Shown one piece after another: positions 1 to 7,515 of a DNA stretch of 64,000 nucleotides (positions are counted from its first letter, which is position 1; each line of letters begins with the position of its first letter). Source of the DNA: Escherichia phage SP15. Location: the sequence record AP019559. One strand, 5' to 3'. The position numbers and the translations under genes are program-made. The notes beneath the pieces are model-generated. The model did not search any database. It was not told the DNA's origin and saw only the letters and a program-made list of their open reading frames with translations.

Positions 1-64
1 AGGAATCGAACCTACCTCTTTCTAGCTTATGAGACTAGCGATCTCTACCAGAGATCTAACCCGC
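1..64 (-). tRNA. partial tRNA, anticodon CAU (Met or Ile-lysidine type); 3' acceptor strand cut by window edge
   Basis: Reverse complement gives GCGGGUU acceptor 5' strand, anticodon stem CUAGU/GCUAG with loop CUCAUAA, T-loop UUCGAUU; truncated at position 1. Confidence 0.5.
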
Positions 65-71
65 AATTGTT

Positions 72-147
72 TGGTCAGTGCGGCAGGACTCGAACCTGCG
101 ACCCGAAGCATCCAAGGCTCCCACGCTACCAACTGCGCTACGCACTG
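72..147 (-). tRNA. tRNA-Pro (anticodon UGG)
   Basis: 7-bp acceptor CAGUGCG/CGCACUG, D-stem GCGC/GCGU, anticodon stem GGAGC/GCUUC, loop CUUGGAU, T-arm GCAGG-UUCGAGU-CCUGC, encoded CCA. Confidence 0.7.
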
Positions 148-156
148 TTAATTCTT

Positions 157-354
157 TTATTGTGGGGGGATATTAATAATTCGTCCATCTACACAATAAA
201 CGGTACTAGGGATTGTACTGTATATGTAGAAATTCTTTATATTACTCTCTCCGCCACAGAAATTTTTAGCAAATTCATACTCTTTATTAATGGTTGAGTC
301 AAGTTTAAAACAACCAGTAAGTAGGAATACAGATAGCAATAAAACTTTCTTCAT
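157..354 (-). CDS. small putative lipoprotein (signal peptide with lipobox LLTGC)
   Basis: 65-aa ORF, N-terminal MKKVLLLSVFLLTGC, 3 further Cys in mature part; upstream TATAAT and AGAGAAGGAAA RBS on minus strand. Confidence 0.5.
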   Translation of the reverse strand: MKKVLLLSVFLLTGCFKLDSTINKEYEFAKNFCGGESNIKNFYIYSTIPSTVYCVDGRIINIPPQ

Positions 355-564
355 TTTGCTTTCCTTCTCTTCACTTTATAAAATATATTATACAGAGAAT
401 TAAGTAAAATAGCAAATGAATTTTTAATAAATTTACTTATTGTGTAGGCCACCTGGAGGCTATGAACCCCACGGCTGACAAAGAAGTTTGCGAGACTTCT
501 CTTAAAAGCCAGAATAGACCCGCCGATCTATCGGAACCTACATAATAAGTAAACTTTATAGTGT

Positions 565-685
565 CATTCTAGACAGGACTCGAACCTGTTATCACTTGTG
601 CGGACTTACGAGAACCATTCTTTCACTCGAATCGAACGAGCTTCTGCCCTAGCCAAGCTGGTTTCCCCATCAACCACGCTAGAAT
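565..685 (-). ncRNA. atypical tRNA-like RNA, about 121 nt, with two T-arm-like hairpins
   Basis: Perfect 7-bp terminal helix AUUCUAG/CUAGAAU, 3' T-arm ACAGG-UUCGAGU-CCUGU, internal hairpin GCUCG-UUCGAUU-CGAGU; too long for a canonical tRNA, no clean anticodon arm, no encoded CCA. Confidence 0.35.
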
Positions 686-807
686 GTTTGATTGTTTTCA
701 GTGCAAGAGTCCGAGTCTTGGACACGACCGCTTCGCAAGTACATAGGCAGCTTATCATGAGTCAGCACTTCCGAATTGCTAGCCCCGTGTTCTGCACTGA
801 AATTTTA

Positions 808-1155
808 TTAGTTTAACCGTAAAGTATTATCTACTTCACCATTAATTGTTCGGCATTCCTCTGGGATTGCTGGTGTAGCCTTGTATTCCCACCACTCAGC
901 ACCATCATATTCCCCACGTTCTAGCCAAGTTCCATCGGCAAACCATACATTACCATAAAGTAATTGTCCACCGTATCCAGAATCATATTCAAAGTCTAGG
1001 TTATTAAGAAACCCCTCAATGTCTTCTTCTGTATAACCTAAAGGTAATACCCAGACTTTTTTGTCCCCATAATACCCAAATTCTATTTTAATACACTTAA
1101 CTTTAGAATTGGTATTTTTTAAGGCGAGTAACAGCTCTTCTTTAGCATTACGCAT
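808..1155 (-). CDS. hypothetical protein
   Basis: 115-aa ORF between tRNA genes. Confidence 0.5.
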   Translation of the reverse strand: MRNAKEELLLALKNTNSKVKCIKIEFGYYGDKKVWVLPLGYTEEDIEGFLNNLDFEYDSGYGGQLLYGNVWFADGTWLERGEYDGAEWWEYKATPAIPEECRTINGEVDNTLRLN

Positions 1156-1180
1156 AGTATATTCTCATACTGAATTAAGT

Positions 1181-1257
1181 TGGCGCGACCGATGGGATTT
1201 GAACCCACATTCTCTCCCGTGACAGGGGAGTACCATTACCAAGCCAGCCCCGGTCGC
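1181..1257 (-). tRNA. tRNA-Asp (anticodon GUC)
   Basis: Acceptor GCGACCG/CGGUCGC, anticodon stem CUCCC/GGGAG, loop CUGUCAC, T-loop UUCAAAU, encoded CCA. Confidence 0.7.
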
Positions 1258-1266
1258 ATAATTCAT

Positions 1267-1452
1267 TTACTCAGCTTTGAGTTTTTCAATAGCTGCATTA
1301 AGTTCTTTAAGAAACTCTTTTCGTACATTAAGACGATTGAGACTTACTAGTATATCGTGTTTAAGTTCTTCGATGTATTTCTTTTCAACTTCAATATTGT
1401 TGATAGTGCTATCACGATGAACTTCTAGCTGCGCAATTACATTCTTGGACAT
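1267..1452 (-). CDS. hypothetical protein (coiled-coil-like)
   Basis: 61-aa ORF with GAGGAAAC RBS. Confidence 0.4.
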   Translation of the reverse strand: MSKNVIAQLEVHRDSTINNIEVEKKYIEELKHDILVSLNRLNVRKEFLKELNAAIEKLKAE

Positions 1453-1554
1453 GCTTGTTTCCTCAGTTATTAATGAAAATGGTATCTGTGGCTGAATTCG
1501 ATGTCAGCAATGATAGCTGGTTGGCTACCGGTTTACTTAACTCTACACAGAATT

Positions 1555-1637
1555 TGGCGGGCCGTGTAGGATTCGAACCTACGTTGTCTTTCGACATGGA
1601 TTAACAGTCCACCGCCAAACCGCTTGGCTAACGACCC
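1555..1637 (-). tRNA. tRNA-Asn (anticodon GUU) with unusually long 13-nt variable region
   Basis: Acceptor GGGUCGU/ACGGCCC (one G-U), D-stem GCCA/UGGC, anticodon stem GUGGA/UCCAU, loop CUGUUAA, variable GUCGAAAGACAAC, T-arm GUAGG-UUCGAAU-CCUAC, CCA. Confidence 0.6.
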
Positions 1638-1789
1638 TAAATTTATATTGCTGACTAGGATTTTCACCTAGACGGAGTTAGCACCGTAGCGTGTAGCGGC
1701 ATACCTCTCCAAACCGTGCCTCATCTTTCAATTACGGAGACAGTGTTCCTACGCGTGCCTGAATTGATTCAACAATTCTTCCAGCAAAT

Positions 1790-1865
1790 TGGACGACCGC
1801 ATGAGATTTGAACTCACATAAAAAGGATTTGCAATCCTTCGCCTAAGCCCTTCAGCCAACGGTCG
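1790..1865 (-). tRNA. tRNA-Cys (anticodon GCA)
   Basis: Acceptor CGACCGU/GCGGUCG, anticodon stem AAGGA/UCCUU, loop UUGCAAA, T-arm GUGAG-UUCAAAU-CUCAU, CCA. Confidence 0.65.
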
Positions 1866-1934
1866 GTTTATCTTGTTCTGTCATGTTGCTTCTCCAGTTC
1901 AATTTATGTAATTATTATACAGAACTTTTGGAAA

Positions 1935-2207
1935 CTAAGCAACTACATTTTTTAAGAATTTGATGCCTTTCTTTTTCTTCTTATATTTCCACGTTAATGG
2001 ATTCTGTCGATTATGAACGCTTGAGATCTTTGTCTCGTCAAAGTTCTTCAATATCATGTAATCACAGGATAATTGTTCTAGTAGAATGTGATCACCGTCA
2101 AAAGCGTATACATAAGGCTGTTGACTAACACGATAATGATAGACTTTGTTAATTCTACGTTTCAGCGACTTATCAGCGCAGTAAATAAAGAAGTTTTCAG
2201 GATGCAT
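1935..2207 (-). CDS. hypothetical protein
   Basis: ORF track 1935..2222 begins at TTG; internal ATG at 2207 follows AAGGAG with 6-nt spacing. Confidence 0.45.
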   Translation of the reverse strand: MHPENFFIYCADKSLKRRINKVYHYRVSQQPYVYAFDGDHILLEQLSCDYMILKNFDETKISSVHNRQNPLTWKYKKKKKGIKFLKNVVA

Positions 2208-2224
2208 CAGCAGCTCCTTCAATT

Positions 2225-2299
2225 TGGTGCACCCTGTTCGTATCGAACGAACCTCTCAAGCTCTTCAGGCAAGCGCTAATCCATCTCAGCTAAAGGTGC
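2225..2299 (-). tRNA. tRNA-like element, possible pseudo-tRNA (anticodon arm does not fold)
   Basis: Good 7-bp acceptor GCACCUU/AGGGUGC, T-arm GUUCG-UUCGAUA-CGAAC and CCA, D-stem GCUG/UAGC, but no 5-bp anticodon stem found. Confidence 0.35.
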
Positions 2300-2305
2300 A
2301 AATTT

Positions 2306-2382
2306 TGGCAAACCTACTAGGACTCGAACCTAGACCGTACGGTTTTGGAGACCGACATGCTGTCCAGTAACACTCTAGGAAT
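2306..2382 (-). tRNA. tRNA-Trp candidate (anticodon CCA), acceptor stem with two U-U mismatches
   Basis: Anticodon stem UCGGU/ACCGU, loop CUCCAAA, T-arm CUAGG-UUCGAGU-CCUAG, CCA; acceptor AUUCCUA/UAGGUUU imperfect. Confidence 0.5.
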
Positions 2383-2390
2383 GCAGAAAT

Positions 2391-2467
2391 TGGCGTCCTG
2401 TGCGGGGATCGAACCCGCAAATCCTACCTTGAAAGGGTAGTGACTTTACCAGTTTGTCTAACAGGAC
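2391..2467 (-). tRNA. tRNA-Glu (anticodon UUC)
   Basis: Acceptor GUCCUGU/ACAGGAC, anticodon stem CUACC/GGUAG, loop CUUUCAA, T-arm GCGGG-UUCGAUC-CCCGC, CCA. Confidence 0.7.
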
Positions 2468-2474
2468 TTAAATT

Positions 2475-2565
2475 TGGTGTTGGATGATGGAGTCGAACCA
2501 CCCGAGACCCTTCCGAGTCGGCAGATTTACAGTCTGCTTCGCTACCTCTACGATACTAATCCAAC
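2475..2565 (-). tRNA. tRNA-Tyr (anticodon GUA), type II with long variable arm
   Basis: Acceptor GUUGGAU/AUCCAAC, anticodon stem GCAGA/UCUGC, loop CUGUAAA, long variable arm, T-arm GGUGG-UUCGACU-CCAUC, CCA. Confidence 0.7.
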
Positions 2566-2695
2566 ATATTTAGAAGTATTCAAAAATTCTCATTTAAACA
2601 CTTTTAAATATGTTTTCAAATTAGGTAACTATTATACCAAGTTTTAAGGCACTGAGCAAGTCAAATTTTAAAGAACTTGCTCAGTGCTATATTAG

Positions 2696-2971
2696 TTAGT
2701 CGAACTTAGGAGTGACAGTTAAGGAGAACGGAAGTTCGAAAACTTCTTCACCCTCATTACTAACGGTAACTACACGACCTTTAAGTTCAGACATTAAAAT
2801 ATCAATATCAGCTTTTGCATCTGGAGCCATACCAGCTTCAACACATTTAGCTTTAACTTCCGGCAGAAGTTCGACATCGTAGAAATAAAGCCATTCAATC
2901 TCACCTTCCCAGCCTTCCCAGGATTTACAGATTGCACTTTCAATACCAGTTGCTACAACACGATTTTGCAT
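2696..2971 (-). CDS. hypothetical protein
   Basis: 91-aa ORF, GGAG RBS. Confidence 0.5.
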   Translation of the reverse strand: MQNRVVATGIESAICKSWEGWEGEIEWLYFYDVELLPEVKAKCVEAGMAPDAKADIDILMSELKGRVVTVSNEGEEVFELPFSLTVTPKFD

Positions 2972-3061
2972 TCGTTAACTCCTTCATCAATTTATACAAC
3001 TATTATATCAGAAATTTAAAGCAAAAGGCAAGTACATTTTTAAAAATTCTGTTTGGAGGAG

Positions 3062-3268
3062 CTAAACTCCAGATTCTTCAGCTAAGTCTAGGCTAATAAG
3101 AGTTATAGCCATAATTGCTGCACCGTGTTCTTTTTCTCCGGTGTTTTTAGCAGAGTCTATAATAGTCTTAATCTGTTCGTAATAGCCTTTTACTTCTTGT
3201 TCAATACCTGCCTCGGCTATCATGCCTTTAGTCATGATTCGTTGCATAGTAATTTCACGGTTAGCCAT
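3062..3268 (-). CDS. hypothetical protein
   Basis: 68-aa ORF, GGAGA RBS, start overlaps stop of upstream small ORF (TAATG-type coupling). Confidence 0.45.
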   Translation of the reverse strand: MANREITMQRIMTKGMIAEAGIEQEVKGYYEQIKTIIDSAKNTGEKEHGAAIMAITLISLDLAEESGV

Positions 3269-3428
3269 GATGTTTCTCCAGCTTCATTTTTAATAGTTTA
3301 CAAATGAAATCAACGTCTTCATCTGTACCTAGATCTCTATCTTCAAGAGTTGCCTTGAAGTTTTTAGTCAATTCCATGAGGATAACTTCTCTAGAACGAC
3401 GTGTTGGCGGAGGTGGATGTCTATACAT
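3261..3428 (-). CDS. small hypothetical protein (55 aa, Pro-rich N-terminus)
   Basis: Not in ORF track (below 60 aa); AAGGAA RBS 5 nt before ATG; translationally coupled to 3062..3268. Confidence 0.3.
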   Translation of the reverse strand: MYRHPPPPTRRSREVILMELTKNFKATLEDRDLGTDEDVDFICKLLKMKLEKHHG

Positions 3429-3443
3429 CTTATTTCCTTAGTT

Positions 3444-3520
3444 TGGTAGGGGTGGTGGGATTCGAACCCACAAAACCTGAATTTTAAGTCCAGTACCTAT
3501 GCCAATTCGATTACACCCCC
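3444..3520 (-). tRNA. tRNA with anticodon UAA (Leu-type anticodon but short variable loop)
   Basis: Acceptor GGGGGUG/CACCCCU, anticodon stem CUGGA/UUCAG, loop CUUAAAA, T-arm GUGGG-UUCGAAU-CCCAC, CCA; D-stem weak. Confidence 0.55.
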
Positions 3521-3527
3521 GTGTAGT

Positions 3528-3716
3528 TTAGTCAATTACTTTTGAGGCTTCAAGGTAGTCGATATAGTGTATGTTTTCTACCGTAATCATATAATCTGTC
3601 ACTTTATCCATAGCTTGGGCTTCAGAGGTAGCTCTGGCTAACCTATATCCTTTTTTATATTCATCCGGGTATTCTCTATCTTGGATAAACACAACATAAA
3701 CTATATATAGATCCAT
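3528..3716 (-). CDS. hypothetical protein
   Basis: 62-aa ORF. Confidence 0.4.
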   Translation of the reverse strand: MDLYIVYVVFIQDREYPDEYKKGYRLARATSEAQAMDKVTDYMITVENIHYIDYLEASKVID

Positions 3717-3725
3717 TTGTGACCT

Positions 3726-3803
3726 CTATTTAATTTGGTGGCTCCCCGAGGATTCGAACCTACGTACCTTCCGGTTATGAGCCGGGTGCTCATACCATAT
3801 GAG
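3726..3803 (-). tRNA. tRNA with anticodon CAU (Met/Ile type), weak T-stem
   Basis: Acceptor GGUUCUC/GGGAGCC, D-arm GCUC-AUAUGGUAU-GAGC, anticodon loop CUCAUAA, T-loop UUCGAAU but T-stem only 3 clean bp, CCA. Confidence 0.5.
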
Positions 3804-3809
3804 CTTGAG

Positions 3810-3898
3810 AACCAGAATTTGGCGGAAGAAGCGGGAATCGAACCCACAAGGCTATATTTCAAACCGACAGATTAGCAATCTGCTGCAATACCGTTATG
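3810..3898 (-). tRNA. tRNA-Ser (anticodon GCU), type II
   Basis: Acceptor GGAAGAA/UUCUUCC, anticodon stem GCAGA/UCUGU, loop UUGCUAA, long variable arm, T-loop UUCGAUU, CCA. Confidence 0.7.
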
Positions 3899-3929
3899 CT
3901 ATTCTTCCGAATTTATAAGATATATTATA

Positions 3930-4448
3930 TTAGAAATTTAGCTTCATAGCAAGAAAATTTTTCAAGTTTTCGGTAGACATCTCATCCACATCTACGGGAG
4001 AAACAAAGCCGTTTAATTTTCTAGCAAATTTTTCACCCGCAGGATCATTATCTCCGACAGCTACCAATTTAAAAGGTAGTAATTTCAGTTGCTTTAATAA
4101 CGCTTTTCCTGGAGAAGAACCCAACATTGCTAGGGCTGGATAACCAGCATTATGTAACGCAACTGCCTTAAATACAGATTCAGCAATCAATACTACTTTT
4201 TCATCTCCATTGAGAGTTTCTAGTCCCCATACACACTGGGTAGTAGAATAAGTAAAGTATTTAGCTTCAAAGGGGCACTTACCATGACCTTTTGGAGCAG
4301 AAGGATTATAAGTTTGATAGCCCCTCAACATCCCAGAGAAGTCATACAACGGGACTGTTAGCCATCCTTCCGGACTTAACCAGCAATGATATTTATCTGT
4401 ATCAAATCCTCTAGATAAGAGGTGCTGTGTTAGCTCATCAACATTCAT
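3930..4448 (-). CDS. stand-alone Toprim-domain protein (DnaG-like catalytic core)
   Basis: Motifs VVLIAESVFKAVALHNAGYPALAMLG and VAVGDNDPAGEKFARKL resemble the DnaG Toprim E...DxD core; start moved to ATG at 4448 (AGAGGA RBS), track extension reads through the promoter. Confidence 0.5.
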   Translation of the reverse strand: MNVDELTQHLLSRGFDTDKYHCWLSPEGWLTVPLYDFSGMLRGYQTYNPSAPKGHGKCPFEAKYFTYSTTQCVWGLETLNGDEKVVLIAESVFKAVALHNAGYPALAMLGSSPGKALLKQLKLLPFKLVAVGDNDPAGEKFARKLNGFVSPVDVDEMSTENLKNFLAMKLNF

Positions 4449-4623
4449 ATTTGGTTCCTCTTTCAAATTTATAGATATATTATACAGAGAATTTAGCATT
4501 CAAGCAATCAAATTTTTTAACTTTTTAGAGGAAAATCATAGGGCACTTAAGGATAGCAGATAAGTGGTGAGGACCAAAATTTGTGACCCCACTAAAAATT
4601 CAGGGGCAATTTTTAAAGACCCC

Positions 4624-4653
4624 TTGACATTTTCGCTGGGGTAGTGTAAAGTA
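4624..4653 (+). promoter_or_regulatory. sigma70-type promoter for the low-complexity cassette
   Basis: TTGACA (4624-4629), 17-nt spacer, TAAAGT; about 60 nt upstream of ATG 4714. Confidence 0.5.
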
Positions 4654-4713
4654 TATGTTATGGATGAGTGATCAAAGAGACACACATTTTCTATATACTA
4701 GGAGGTGTCAAAA

Positions 4714-5697
4714 ATGACAGAAGAAGTAGCTAAGAGTCCTGAGACCGTCGCTAGCGTTGCAGCAGAACTGCACCGTCACGAGGAATCAGATAAGAAAAAG
4801 TGGGAGAAGGTCAGAGCCTACGAAGAAAAACATCGTGAACACGATGATGAAGAAGATGACGATGAACATTGTCATAAATATGGAAAACATAAAATGCAAG
4901 AACCAGTAAACGTATTTACTAGTGGCTTCCCTGGCCTACTGGGTGGTTACCCAGCAAACGCAGGTGCTTTCGGTGGTGAAGGTATGGGACTATTCGGAGC
5001 TATCCTAATCGGTGCTCTATTAACAGGCGGATTCGGTGGTTTCGGTGGATTCGGTGGACGTGGTGTAGTTGGTGATGGTACCGCAGTTGATGCAGTACTT
5101 CAGAACCAAGATACCGCTAGTATTCTAGCAGCTATTAACACTACTCGTACAGAAGCTAACCAGGGTACTGGAGCTGTTTTAAGCGCAGTTAACAATGGGT
5201 TTAGCCAGACATCCCAAAACCAGAGCCGTGATACTCAGTCTGTACTAACTACGATCTATGGTACAGGTGCTAATCTGTCTAATCAGATCTGTCAGGAAAC
5301 TCGCAACGTTATTCAGGGTCAGTTCGATCTTTCTCGCCAGATTGATCAATCTTTCGCAGCTAATCAGATAGCTCGTGCACAAGATAAGTTTGATTCTGCA
5401 CAGATCGCTTTCCAGCAGACTTTACAAACTAATAACCAGTTTGCCGCTGTTCAGGCTCAGATGTGTGCTAACCAGAACTCTCTGGAACGTCAGATCGCTG
5501 AATGTTGCTGTGAACTTCAGACTGCTATCGCTGGTGTAACTACTGCTCGTATTCAGGATGAGTTAGATGCATGTCGCCTACGTGAAGCAATCGCTGCGGG
5601 TAACGGTGCTAACGGTCAGGTAATTAATCAAATCGCTGTAAGTCTTGGTGCTATCACTCAGACTCTGGCTGGTCTGCAGGCTAAACTGCCGGCTTAA
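4714..5697 (+). CDS. low-complexity membrane protein: His/acidic N-terminus, Gly-zipper TM segment, Q/N/S/T-rich C-terminal domain with CCC motif
   Basis: AGGAGG RBS 9 nt before ATG 4714; TM GLFGAILIGALLTGGFGGFGGFGG; codon usage rich in CGT/GGT/GCT/CTG. Confidence 0.6.
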   Translation: MTEEVAKSPETVASVAAELHRHEESDKKKWEKVRAYEEKHREHDDEEDDDEHCHKYGKHKMQEPVNVFTSGFPGLLGGYPANAGAFGGEGMGLFGAILIGALLTGGFGGFGGFGGRGVVGDGTAVDAVLQNQDTASILAAINTTRTEANQGTGAVLSAVNNGFSQTSQNQSRDTQSVLTTIYGTGANLSNQICQETRNVIQGQFDLSRQIDQSFAANQIARAQDKFDSAQIAFQQTLQTNNQFAAVQAQMCANQNSLERQIAECCCELQTAIAGVTTARIQDELDACRLREAIAAGNGANGQVINQIAVSLGAITQTLAGLQAKLPA

Positions 5698-5718
5698 TAT
5701 TAAGGGGAGGAGCCCATT

Positions 5719-6135
5719 ATGAGTAAATATGGTTTTGTAAATAACGGACTTAATCAAAGTATGGGCTCCCAGCAGCCCATTCCGGGTCTGGATAACCCCT
5801 ACTTACAACAATTGCAACAGCGTTTAGCAGAAGCGCAACAGATGCAACAACAACTCCAGCAAAACCCTGGAAGTGTGAGTCCTATGCAAATGATGCAGCA
5901 AATGAGCGGGCAGTCGCAAATGCCTCAACAAATGCAGCAACAGATGCCGCAGCAGCAAGTTCAGCAGCAAACCCAACAACCGCAGGTTTCTGCGGAAGGA
6001 CAGGCAGTACTAGCCCTTTTCGAAGACTTCACAAAGACAGAGGATGGGAAGCAGCTTGTATCACTTATGGGTAAGTTTAATAGCTTCTGCCAAAGCCAAG
6101 TTGCAAAAGCTCAAAATGGTGGTAATAACTCCTAA
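5719..6135 (+). CDS. Q-rich protein
   Basis: 138-aa ORF, RBS AGGGGAGGAG, about 30 percent Gln in central region. Confidence 0.55.
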   Translation: MSKYGFVNNGLNQSMGSQQPIPGLDNPYLQQLQQRLAEAQQMQQQLQQNPGSVSPMQMMQQMSGQSQMPQQMQQQMPQQQVQQQTQQPQVSAEGQAVLALFEDFTKTEDGKQLVSLMGKFNSFCQSQVAKAQNGGNNS

Positions 6136-6144
6136 GGAGAAATT

Positions 6145-6339
6145 ATGTGTTGCAGAAAACCTGTTTCGTGCTGCCCAATGCCTGTAGCACGTTGTTGCTC
6201 TCCAGCAATGTTTACACAAATACCGGCGTTCAATCCCTTTGCCTTTAAGCCTACTCTTATCCTGCCCCCTAGAGTAGATTTTCAGTCAAGATTGGCCTCC
6301 CGTATGGGTGGTTGCTGTACACCGAGAGTGTGGTTCTGA
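6145..6339 (+). CDS. Cys-rich small protein (paired CC motifs)
   Basis: 64-aa ORF, RBS TAAGGAGA, four CC pairs; followed by hairpin terminator. Confidence 0.5.
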   Translation: MCCRKPVSCCPMPVARCCSPAMFTQIPAFNPFAFKPTLILPPRVDFQSRLASRMGGCCTPRVWF

Positions 6340-6354
6340 AGAACCAAACAATAA

Positions 6355-6386
6355 AGCCCCTAGTCGAAAGACTTAGGGGCTTTTCT
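6355..6386 (+). terminator. rho-independent terminator after the low-complexity cassette
   Basis: Hairpin AGCCCCTAG...CTAGGGGCT followed by TTTTCTG. Confidence 0.65.
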
Positions 6387-6399
6387 GTATTTAAGATAA

Positions 6400-6436
6400 A
6401 AGAAAAGCCCTGCGCTCTCCAGGGAACGCAGGGCTT
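6400..6436 (-). terminator. rho-independent terminator after SPFH gene
   Basis: Hairpin GCCCTGCG...CGCAGGGC with U-run on minus strand. Confidence 0.6.
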
Positions 6437-6459
6437 ACTTCAGATGTTACATGCGGATA

Positions 6460-7407
6460 TTATTTATTACGCATATCCATGATCATTTGACCATCGTAGC
6501 CAGTACCTACCACAGTCTGTGGTACACCACCTTGATATTTCTGAGCACGAATCATTTCGACTTCCAGTTGTTTCCAACGAATCATCTCAGGAGTAATGGT
6601 ACGTTGCAGTGCGGCGTTAGCTTCAGCTTCTTTCTTAGCTGCGTACAGTTTAGCATCTGCGTCACGTTCATTAGCGATAGCTTGGTTGTTGCGAGCTTCA
6701 CGATCTGCTTCTGCTTGTTTAACTTTTTGCTGTGCTTCCTGTTCAACACGAGCTAATTCAGCTTTAGCAGCATTAACCTGTTCTTCACGAACTTTGGTAT
6801 TCTGTACCTGTTCCATGATTACCGGTGGCAAAGTAATATCCTGAAGGAATACCTGCTTAACTGTGTAACCATATGGGCGTGCATACTCTTCAACTTCCTG
6901 TTGAATTGCAGTTTGCAATTGAGCCTGAATTTTAGCATCAAACAAATCTTGTGCTTTAGGTACAGACTTACCAAACTCACGAATAGTAGACAGTAATTTT
7001 TCAGTTACATATTTGTCTAACGCTTGATCCTGAGTACCTGCGTTAATACGGTTAATTGGTGCCTTAGAACCATCAAACTGCAACATAACAGTCAGGTCAA
7101 CAGTGGATTTAAACTTATCCTGGCTAGGAACCTGAAGTTTATCTAATTTTACAGCAATATCTTTTGTACTAAAAGTGTCGAAAGATGCAAATGGGTTTAC
7201 AAGATGGAAACCTGGTAATACTGGGTTAGGATCTACTTTACCCAGAAATGTTTGGGTTTTAACCGTACCATCAGAAACAATAGTATATGAATTAAAGGCT
7301 AGAATCAAGCCTGCTAAACCAACTACAGCACCAATACCCCAACGTTTAATAGTACGAATTACTTTCTGCTCAGAAGTCAGTTCTTTCATATTTTTAGTAT
7401 TAAACAT
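6460..7407 (-). CDS. SPFH/band-7 (prohibitin/HflC-like) membrane protein
   Basis: N-terminal TM helix IGAVVGLAGLILAF, then band-7-like domain and Ala/Glu/Gln-rich coiled-coil typical of the SPFH family. Confidence 0.6.
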   Translation of the reverse strand: MFNTKNMKELTSEQKVIRTIKRWGIGAVVGLAGLILAFNSYTIVSDGTVKTQTFLGKVDPNPVLPGFHLVNPFASFDTFSTKDIAVKLDKLQVPSQDKFKSTVDLTVMLQFDGSKAPINRINAGTQDQALDKYVTEKLLSTIREFGKSVPKAQDLFDAKIQAQLQTAIQQEVEEYARPYGYTVKQVFLQDITLPPVIMEQVQNTKVREEQVNAAKAELARVEQEAQQKVKQAEADREARNNQAIANERDADAKLYAAKKEAEANAALQRTITPEMIRWKQLEVEMIRAQKYQGGVPQTVVGTGYDGQMIMDMRNK

Positions 7408-7440
7408 ATATTTCCTTTGTTTTAGTTACAGTTAATAAAA

Positions 7441-7515
7441 TTGGCCGAGGTGACAGGATTCGAACCTGCATAAAGGAATTTAGAAGACTCCTGCCTCTCC
7501 CTTAGACTACACCCC
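7441..7515 (-). tRNA. tRNA-Arg (anticodon UCU)
   Basis: Acceptor CGGGGUG/CACCUCG, anticodon stem GGAGU/AUUCC, loop CUUCUAA, T-arm GCAGG-UUCGAAU-CCUGU, CCA. Confidence 0.7.

Noticed and set aside
67-816. Plus-strand ORFs 67..297 and 598..816
   Set aside because: They overlap minus-strand tRNA genes and the tRNA-like RNA, have no RBS, and are read-through of structured RNA sequence.
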